Assembly (NCBI GenBank): GCA_002269645.1
Contig: NIVC01003779.1
Span: forward strand, 1 to 64,000
From: Macrostomum lignano
Lineage: Eukaryota
Reading direction: 5' to 3'
DNA length: 64,000 bases
The notes beneath the pieces are model-generated. The model was not told where the DNA came from and made no database searches. It worked only from the letters and a program-made list of their open reading frames with translations. The position numbers and the translations under genes are program-made. This document shows positions 25,098-43,800 of this stretch, one piece after another. How positions within the stretch are numbered: the first letter of the stretch is position 1; every line of letters begins with the position of its first letter.

Positions 25098-25270
25098 ACG
25101 GCGGCAAGGCCACAGCTATAAACTGTCACTCGCTGCGGTCTCCAGTGGGAAACGGCAGCAAGGCCACAGCTATAAACTGTCACTCGCTGGGGTCTCCAGT
25201 GGGAAACGGCAGCAAGGCCACAGCTATAAACTGTCACTCGCTGGGGTCTCCAGTGGGAAACGGCGGCAAG
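25098..25270. repeat. 54-bp x3 tandem duplication of the PUDP terminal codons, stop codon and start of the 3'UTR
   Basis: The unit (minus) GCCGTTTCCCACTGGAGACCCCAGCGAGTGACAGTTTATAGCTGTGGCCTTGCT contains PFPTGDPSE-stop. Confidence 0.9.
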
Positions 25271-27111
25271 CCGAAAGTTTCCGGCTGAAAATCTTCCAGC
25301 GACCGGAGCACAGTCACGCTCGGGTTGCCCGCGTGAACCGAGGTGTCGGCGCGCGGATCCGGGCACCAGACCACCTGCCGGAGTTAAAATAAATATGAAC
25401 GATACTTGCTACTAGTCAAAGTAATATAAAAAGGAAGGAACAGTTTAAAGTAAAAAGTAACGATTGATTGCTACAAACGTCTTAAAACGAAATTATAATT
25501 AGAACCCGACCTCGGTCGTGACTTGACGACCGAATCTGATTTGAATTGACATGACCCGTTCTTAGCTGGCTGGTTCCGACTTAACCTGACCTTGACCTCG
25601 ACTGACCTGACTCCTGACATACCTGACCTGACCCGACTTGACCTGACCTGACTTTCCCTGATATTGATTGAGTTGATTTGACTTTGACTAGATCTGACCT
25701 GACTTGATGCAACATGAGTGTAGCCAATTTAAACCAAGATCTGTTTGACCCGGAAGGCCACGCCGAGGACCCACCTTCATGCCAGCGGCCAGGGCGGCCT
25801 CAACGCCATTTGGCGCGTCCTCGAAGACCAGCACTCTGGCCGGGTCAATCGGGGTCGGGTCGAACCTGTCAGCAGCCACCAGGAAGCAGTCGGGCGCTGG
25901 CTTGCCACGGCCCACAGCTGGGTCGCTGCCAGCCAGCACCCAGTGATGGAATTTGCTCAGCAACTCCGGCCGGCCGCCAACTTTGACGTCAAAGCCAGTC
26001 TGGTCCGACCCGGTGGCGATGCACATGGGCACCCGGTGCTGCCACAGGTGCTCCAGGAGACGGTTCACACCTGTGTAGATGGGGATCTTAGTAGATTAGC
26101 CCTATTAGAGCCCATAGCCTTGGGGTTTTGATGGATAGCTTCTGGAACTAATCAGTGTGTCGCTTATTTCTAGGAAATATAAGTTTTGTACAGGTTCTAC
26201 AATCTACATAGCTCCAATTAGACGATGAGGCATTTATGTATGCTAAGACAGTTATAGCTACTGCCATTTACTTAAAAATCACAATTTTGTGGGAAAACAC
26301 ATTGCCTAGGTTTTTCAAATGTGGCTACAATGGGATTAAGATAAGAGTTTAACTTTGCTAAATTTTCAAACAGCTTAAAAATATTTAAAAGTTTACCTGG
26401 CATTATCTTGCTATAGGGAAACTCCTTTAGCAACATTGTATTGATCATTTCATGATGCTGTTCCACTGTGATGGGCAAGTCAAGATGGTCTGAAAAGATC
26501 ATTTAAATATTTTCTATGATCCAAGATAGCTTTTTTAATTAACAAGTATAACAAATAATTATCAAATATAGAATTTTTTGTTTGTCATTTGATTAATTTA
26601 TATACAACTTACTAATACATTGACTTATTATTCATTTAAATGCATAAAAACAATTTTAATACTTTTTATCACATTGACAACATACTTTTTAGTTATTATA
26701 CAAAATAGAAATCACATGATATAGCTACTTATCAATAGTGACTTGCACTAGCATAAGTTGCATTACTTACCAATTATTATTTTTGCAGATTCATTTGGTG
26801 GCCTTCCCATTTGCTTCTGCTTGATTTCCCAAGTAAATTGCTTGCCAAATTGAGCACAAAATTTATTGTAACAATCTGTATAAATAGACTCTGTATCTAA
26901 AATGCAAATTAAAATAAATTAGGCTTAGGTTCTATATTTTAAATTTTAGTAGGTATAATTCTTAAACTTGAATCTGAAATGGAAGAAATAGTATGCAAAT
27001 AGAAAAATTGGCTTAATCTAAGCTTCTAATACAATAGTGTTTTTATTTACCAATTAGAAGTCCATCCATGTCAAAGATTGCATGGGTAATAGATGAGCTA
27101 TTAGTTGTCAT
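25234..27111 (-). CDS. PUDP: HAD-superfamily pseudouridine-5'-phosphatase (HDHD1/GS1-like), 238 aa; exons 27111-27051, 26896-26771, 26489-26397, 26070-25775, 25374-25234
   Basis: The spliced product reads MTTNSSSITHAIFDMDGLLIDTESIYT (motif I DxDG), then WEIKQKQMGR, MCIATGS (motif II), GRGKPAPDCF (motif III), VLVFEDAPNGVEAALAAGM (motif IV) and C-terminal SLEDFQPETFGLPPF. The 717-nt CDS has consistent phases. Confidence 0.92.
25575..25710. repeat. (TGACC/TGACT)n low-complexity tract in a PUDP intron
   Basis: Pentamer periodicity. Confidence 0.75.
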
Positions 27112-27676
27112 GTTGATCTTCCTGCCCACAAGATTATTATGCTTAAATTATAAAAAAATTACTTATTAATTAACCAAAAATAAACCAATGAGCAATGAGT
27201 AAATAACAGACGATACGTAGCCAACATGTACTAGTGCTATATTAGTGCTATAGCTTCTAACCAAAATTCGTGAGCTTATATATACCATATCATACAAATT
27301 GTTAGTTTCTTGGAATGACAGCATTTCAGAAGTTATCAACTTTTAGCAGCCGTTAAACTCAGCACAAATTAGAGAAAAAAGGCATTAAAATATTGCAATA
27401 TATTTTCTGCGGTTCTGACGTTAGCAATACATTAGTAAATATTCTATGATAAAACAGGCATGCTTTTGATTTAAACAAGTATTGTCTTTTTTTCGAAGAC
27501 TTCGTTCTAAACCTTGGACACATTTGGCGTGCTTGCAAAGTTATTTATTGGTTGTTGAATCTTTGAATTTTATAATTATTGCTTCTGTAACTGTATGAAA
27601 TATTTCTGGACACGATTCTGTTTAACTTAGATTGAATCCTCAATTTAAGCTAGTTTTGAACGGTCTTTGTTGCTAG

Positions 27677-28037
27677 CTGGGTTTTTTTAGGCCATACGGT
27701 AGCCACGTCCGGCTACCCAAAAAAGCCATTGGCAACTGGATTTGTGGCATCAGAGGCCAATCTGGCAACCAACTTGAACCAAGGCAGTTGCCAATGATAA
27801 AACAGTCTGTCACATTTTATTACTGCTAAGATTGGCTTGACTGAAAACCTGAAGCCTGAGCTGATTCGAGCATATTATTTTTTCGTCAATGCGTGAAAAT
27901 TGTTGCAAAAACAACTTTATAAAGTGGGACACTGAAATAGGTCAGTTGTCAGTTGGCAACTGAGGATGGCAATTAGCAACTAGATTTTGAGCTCCAGTTG
28001 CCATTTGGCAACTAGATTTCGGACGAAAAAAACCCAG
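27677..28037. mobile_element. Candidate MITE (361 bp) with 12-bp terminal inverted repeats
   Basis: CTGGGTTTTTTT (27677-27688) / AAAAAAACCCAG (28026-28037); flanks TGTTGCTAG / GTTTGCTAG (7 of 9 identical, possible TSD); seven internal (G/A)GCAAC/GTTGCC motifs clustered near both ends. Confidence 0.5.
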
Positions 28038-29530
28038 GTTTGCTAGTAGCCATGCTGCATGCATTTAATAATTATGCATGTAAATGAAAGCGTATGGTTT
28101 CAAAATTCTGAATTTTTTATTGTACTCTTCGGCTAGATTAATTTTACTCTTTGGAATTTTTATTCACATTCTGGTTTGTGTAATGCAGGCTTCCCAAACT
28201 CAGCGACAACAACTTGTAAGTACATGTACATTAGAGTAAGCAGTACAGCATCTCGACATTTACATGTACATGCAATGTAGTTACGTGTATCTACTGTCTA
28301 CTTGTGCCAGTAGTTACGACTTTAAAGTTCAGATAAAATTAGAAAGTTCATTAAAGCTGTGTGCATATACTGATCGTGTATTTGCCTTTTCCTTTTAATA
28401 TTCTAGGAAAGTTTCTTCCGATTGCTACAATAATGGGGCATCATCGCAGAATCGCTACAGGGAATGCTTTCAGCTTGACGGCTCTCTTACATTTGGCTGG
28501 AAATTACTTTAGCTCGAGAGGGAAGTTTTTTCTTGTCTCTACAAAATAAAAGACTGCATGAGCTACAGATCTAGAAGGGCTTCGCTGTGCTCCCCACGTC
28601 AATAGAAATTGACAAACTCTCGCGTTAACCTGCAGCATCGGCTTTGTTGTTCAACTGAAACGGTTGCCTCGGGGATCCACGATGGGAGACGCTTATGGGG
28701 TTTGTCTGCCTTACCTTCTCCTAAACAGTCGATAGTTTCCGCGTCTCGGTCGAATGGTTTTGCTGAATAGGCGACTCTTGAATACCCCAAGATAGATAGC
28801 TCCCATCTAAACAATGGAACCAACTCCAGAAGCCCGTCACAATAGCGCAGAGGCTGGAAAGCAGGAAGCTGGAGATGAGGGGGCAGGAACAAAGGACAAG
28901 CCTTCGCCCAGCGCCAAAGCCTCTTAACCACTTCAATATTTTTACAGAGACTCACTGAAGCAGTTTCACCGCCCTGTGATTCCTTCTCATTATCAACAAG
29001 CAGCTGCACGCTTGCTCCCGAGCACTGCAGAAGGGAAGTTTTGCCACTGCTGGGCCAGGAATTCGGTGCTTAGCGAATTCATAAAATCTGTGAGCAGAAC
29101 ATCATTGCCTGAATCATGAAATCTTTTGCATCATTAATAATTATTGAAACCAATTCGGTGAACGTTTTATGACGAAAATTCAGTGAAGTGTTTTGATATC
29201 GAGACCAAATACCCAGCTATGCGACTTCTTGGCTCTACACCTTACCCAAAAACCTTCTTCCCCTTGCAGTCTCTGCCAGTCTCTCCCCTGCTCCCAGCCA
29301 TGAGGAGCAATTTCTGGAGTTTAGCTGAAAGCTTTACCAAGTCTCCAAGGCAACCAAGACAGAGCGCTGTCTTCAAGTGGCGAGTGCAGGAGCTCGTCAG
29401 CCAATCAGACAACGGCTGCTCTTTTCACATTTAAGAAGCATTCTGAGCCCCGGCTCTTCCCCGCTTTCCTCTCTTCCGGCAGTTTTATCGGCAACAGCGC
29501 AGCTGCAGGACTACGACAAGTTTAGAAAAA

Positions 29531-38417
<8,887 letters not shown>

Positions 38418-39704
38418 GTAAGTGCATGACGGATATTCGATCCTCTCTTCGCTATTAATCTGTTTTCGGAGTAATTTTTTCATGCCAAGCTTTATAAAAG
38501 ACGCGCGTAATTTCCTGGCCGCAAAGAAGACTTCATCCCATTATTTTGGTAAGTTTTTTAACGTAATGACGTATTGCATTTGAAAATGTATCTTAAATCT
38601 TTGTACAAAACTTCGACCAAAAGATCTGGTAGAATCACACTCAACCAGGTAAGATGATTGGTAAGCTGGTGAAGTACATTAAACAATGTAACAGAGTCAA
38701 CCTTGTATCTTGCGCTAAAACTCTATTTGAATATTCTCTGTTCCTTGCGAGTAAATATATTGAAAATGTTATGCCTTTGTTCTAATTCGAAATCAGAACC
38801 TTTGTTTTCATTCATTTATTTCTATGCTGTTTCTCTGAGTAGTGATCAAGTATTTTGAAAGTTTGCGCTAATTCAGAACCATGGACAGCTGAAGTACAAA
38901 GTAGAAAGACGGTACAGTTGGCTTTCTTAGAAATGAGTCTGTGAGGAACGTAGATCGTATATTTGTCGCATCGCTACAGTAGTGAGTTTAGCATTCTTTT
39001 GAGGAATTGCATTTCTCTCGACGGAATTTGTCTATGGAAAAAACCCAATCAGCCCTGTGCGTTCTCAAGAGCCATTACTAAAGACCCTTATTAATTGTAA
39101 CAAAAAATTTTGCTGCTCACGGAATCGAACCAACGCCATACCCACTAAGCTGCTCCGAGAGCTATTTAAAATCAAATACTATAGTAATATAACTTATAAA
39201 TCAGTTAAAAGTTATCAATATAAATATTTCAGTATATATTTCTGTGTAAGGCAAAGGTGCTACATCGCGGCCGAGCTCATCATGCGCTGCAGACAAAAAA
39301 TTAAAAAAATTGAAATCAGAGAACCGCCAGGAAATCACAGCTAGAATTTATCGTCAGCTTGCGAAGCACAATGGAGGAGCAGGGCAGTTTTGAACCGTCT
39401 CCTGGAGCTTCACTAATTTTAAAAACTAGATTTTGAAAGGTAAAACAAATCTTTTTTGTTTTACTCAACCAACAGTGCCAGGCAACTGAGCTTCGGACTG
39501 CAAAAAGGTCACAAGGCACAACATATATGTAAATATGATAACTGGTTGGCTGATAAACGATAAAATATTGATTAAGGCTTTGTTGGCTGAGTAAAAATCT
39601 GCTACGAGTGCGCGGATTAGACAAAAGTGGAAAAGTCAAATGATTAATTACTGTGTATAACGTTATCAGCCCATCTTTTAACATGAAAACAGTTTTATTG
39701 ATAC

Positions 39705-40810
39705 TCTCAGTCTAAATCTCTGAATCTCATTCTGAGTCTCTGAATCTCATTCTGAATCTCTGAATCTCTGAATCTCACTCTGAGTCTCTGAATCTCTATC
39801 TGAATCTCTGAATCTCTCTCTGAAACTCTGAATCTCACTCTGAATCTCTGAACCTCATTCTGAATCTCCGAATCTCATTCTGAATCTCTAATCTCATTCT
39901 GAATCTCTGAATCTCATTGTGAATCTCTGAATCTCATTCTGAATCTCTGAATCTCACTCTGAATCTCTGAATCTCTGAATCTCACTCTGAGTCTCTGAAT
40001 CTCTGAATCTCACTCTGAATCTCTGAACCTCATTTTGAATCTCCGAATCTCATTCTGAATCTCTGAATCTCATTCTAAATCTCTGAATCTCATTGTGAAT
40101 CTCTGAATCTCTGAAGCTCAGTCTAAATCTCCGAATCTCATTTTGAATCTCTGAACCTCATTCTGAATCTCTGAATCTCATTCTGAATCTCTGAACCTCA
40201 GTCTAAATCTCCGAATCTCATTCTCAATCTCTAATCTCATTCTGAATCTCTGAATCTCATTTCTGAATCTCTGAATCTCATTCTGAATCTCTGAATCTCA
40301 TTCTGAATCTCTGAATCTCATTCTGAATCTCTGAATCTCATTGTGAATCTCTGAATCTCACTCTGAATCTCTGAATCTCTGAATCTCAGTCTAAATCTCC
40401 GAATCTCAGTCTAAATCTCCGAATCTCATTTTGAATCGCTGAACCTCATTCTGAATCTCTGAATCTCAGTCTAAATCTCCGAATCTCATTCTCAATCTCT
40501 AATCTCATTCTGAATCTCTGAATCTCATTCTGAATCTCTGAATCTCAATCTGAATCTCTGAATCTCGTTCTGAATCTATGAATCTCATTTTGAATCTCAT
40601 TCTGAATCTCTAAATCTCTATCTGAATCTTTGAATCTCACTCTGAATCTCTGAATCTCATTTTGAATCTCATTCTGAATCTCTGAATCTCATTCTGAATC
40701 TCTGAATCTCATTCTGAATCTCTGAATCTCATTCTGAATATCTGAATCTCATGATGAATCTCTAATCTCATTCTAAATCTCTTCTAAATCTCTTCTCATT
40801 CTAAATCGCT
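39705..40810. repeat. Approximately 1.1-kb degenerate satellite of TGAATCTC-based units between the convergent lectin and ROCO genes
   Basis: Recurrent TCTGAATCTC / ATTCTGAATCTC. Confidence 0.9.
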
Positions 40811-40847
40811 GAGTCCCATCCGGAATCTCCCTCTCCCAGTCCGCGCC

Positions 40848-43800
40848 TCACAGCAGCTGGCAGGCGCGGCTCTTCTGGCCCTGCCCGGCCGGCGCGCTGA
40901 ATGGCCGCTTCCTGACGCCCGGGGGGCTGCTGACTCTGCCTTGCCGCGCATCCTTCACGGGTGTCGCCGCCGTCGCAGCCGCCGCCGCCGCAGCGGAGGA
41001 CGCAGCCGAGGCCGACGGCTCCGGCGACTCGACGGCTTCGTCGATGCGGCCGAGGCCAGCGACGGCCAGCTTGCGCTTGGAGCTGGACTGCTCGGCCGCC
41101 TCGGCAGCCGCCGATTCAGCAGCGACAGACGCGACGGCGCCGCTGCCGACCACCGACAACACCTGCGCCAGCAGCTCCTCCTCCTCGTCCTCCGCAGTGT
41201 CACCAGCGTCAGCAGCAGGGACGGCCGTGGCGGCGTCCGCCAGCACGACGGTCCTCGGCTGGCTCTGGTGCTCCGGGCACAGCCAGAGGATTTTCCCTGA
41301 CGGCAGGTGGCAGCGGCGTAGGCCGGCAGCGATGCCCGGGTCCCGGCGGCGCAGGTGCTGGCGCAGCGCCGCGTGCAGCTGACGCAGGTCGGCCTCGGGC
41401 CCGGCGCGCTCAGCTGCCGCGCGCAAGTGATCGAGCAGGCGGCCGCCGGCCACGGGGTCGGCCGCGGTGTCCAGGCCGGAGCGCCGGCTGTGCCGGAGGA
41501 CCAGCGCCAGGCGGAGCAGCAGCGGCGCCAGGCCTCCCAGCAGCTGCAGGGCGGCGTCCCGGCCGAGGCGGAGCGGCAGGCCGGCGCCTGGGGCCGCATG
41601 CCAGCCGCCCTCGTGCTCGCAGAGCAGGCGGAACCGGAACTGGAAGCGGGGCTCGTCTTCGACGCCGTCGTCAGACAGCGGCGGCTCGTCCGCGGCCGCG
41701 TCGTCGGCGAAGGCGGCCACGGCGGAGAACTCGGCCTTGTCCGGGCTGTCGGCCGGGTTGTCCTGCGGAGTGGCCGAGACGACAGGGATGATTGGTTGGG
41801 AAATTGATGGAGAGCTTGTCAGGCAGACTAAAACGGTAGATTGGGAAATGGTAGACTGGGAAATGGTAGACTGGGAAATGGTAGACTGGGAAATGGTAGA
41901 CTGGGAAATGGTAGACTGGGAAATGGTAGACTGGAAAATGGTAGACTAGGAAATGGTAGACTGGGAAATGGTAGACTGGGAAATGGTAGACTGGGAAATG
42001 GTAGACTGGGAAATGGTAGACTGGGAAATGGTAGACTGGGAAATGGTAGACTGGGAAATGGTAGACTGGGAAATGGTAGACTGGGAAATGGTAGACTGGA
42101 AAATGGTAGACTAGGAAATGGTAGACTGGGAAATGGTAGACTGGGAAATGGTAGACTGGGAAATGGTAGACTGGGAAATGGTAGACTGGGAAATGGTAGA
42201 CTGGGAAATGGTAGACTGGGAAATGGTAGACTGGGAAATGGTAGACTGGGAAATGGTAGACTGGGAAATGGTAGACTGGGAAATGGTAGACTGGGAAATG
42301 GTAGACTGGGAAATGGCAGAGCCTACTCACAGAGTCAGTATAGATGTCGGCCACGATGAGGCAGGGAAACTGCTCGGCCGTGTCGAGAAATCCGGAGAAC
42401 TGGCGGTAGACTTTGCGCTGGGCGAGCTCGATCAGTTCCTGTAGCCATGTGTGACAGTTTTCCAATTAAGAACAGAAAAAATAACAGTTATTTATTTACT
42501 TTCTACTATAAGTAGTTTTTCGGATATCATGCCGGTTTTCAGTCAGGAGCCGCTGTGCACCCAGTGTGCATGAGTGCGTGTCTGCGTACAACATTGACGC
42601 GCTTGTGTGCTCATGTACTGTGACAGTTGTCACCGAAGCTGCGTCAGGGCGCCCCCAGCCCTCCAGAAAATCATTATCTCTCCATCATTATCTCGTACTA
42701 GATAGGTAACCAGTCAAGAGAAAATGCATCACCTGGAACATGGCGCCACCTCCGCCCGGACTGCTCAGGCTGCTTTTGCGCCGCTTGCGGAGACTGTCCT
42801 TGCTGTCCGGCCGTTTGATGGGGTAGTACCTCTCCAGCGTCTCCGTCACCGCGCTCAGCAGAGCGTCGTAGCAGGATTCGCTGGCAGCTTGGAAGTTCAC
42901 CTTTGGATGACCGAGCGACATCATGCCGATCTGCCGGGGTTGTCGGTTCGGTAGATTAGATGCTTTTCTCACTAGATTAGATGCTTTTCTCAATGAATTA
43001 CATGCTTTTAACCATAATCTTACTAGACTAGATACCAATCTCACTAGACTAGATACCAATCTCACTAGACTAGATGCCAATCTCACTAGACTAGATACCA
43101 ATCTCACTAGATAGATATCGATCTCACTAGACTAGATACCAATCTCACTAGATAGATACCGATCTCACTAGACTAGACTAGATACCAATCTCACTGGACT
43201 CGATGCCAATCTCACTAGATAGATACCTATCTCACTAGACTAGATACCAATCTCACTAGATAGATACCGATCTCACTAGACTAGACTAGATACCAATCTC
43301 ACTAGACTAGATGCCAATCTCACTAGACTCGATGCCAATCTCACTAGATAGATACCGATCTCACTAGACTAGATACCAATCTCACTGGACTAAATACCAA
43401 TCTCACTAGACTAGATACCAATCTCACTAGACTAGATACCAATCTCACTAGATAGATACCGATCTCACTAGACTAGACTAGATACCAATCTCACTAGACT
43501 AGATGCCAATCTCACTAGACTCGATGCCAATCTCACTAGATAGATACCTATCTCACTAGACTAGACTAGATACCAATCTCACTAGACTAGATGCCAATCT
43601 CACTAGACTCGATGCCAATCTCACTAGATAGATACCTATCTCACTAGACTAGATACCAATCTCACTAGATAGATACCGATCTCACTAGACTAGATACCAA
43701 TCTCACTAGACTAGATGCCAATCTCATTAGACTCGATGCCAATCTCACTAGATAGATACCGATCTCACTAGACTAGATACCAATCTCACTGGACTAAATA

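Noticed and set aside
28599-29009. 136-aa minus-strand ORF between PUDP and the lectin gene
   Set aside because: No recognisable motif, no clear splice sites or codon bias; cannot be supported as coding or as a transposase.
38770-39420. Candidate terminal (TM/GPI) exons of the lectin gene
   Set aside because: Possible acceptors give only short, unconvincing peptides; the 3' end is left unassigned.
40941-41949. Several long plus-strand or alternate-frame ORFs over the last ROCO exon (similar shadows at 47733-49215, 62239-63385 and 5889-8816)
   Set aside because: Antisense and off-frame shadows of GC-rich coding exons.
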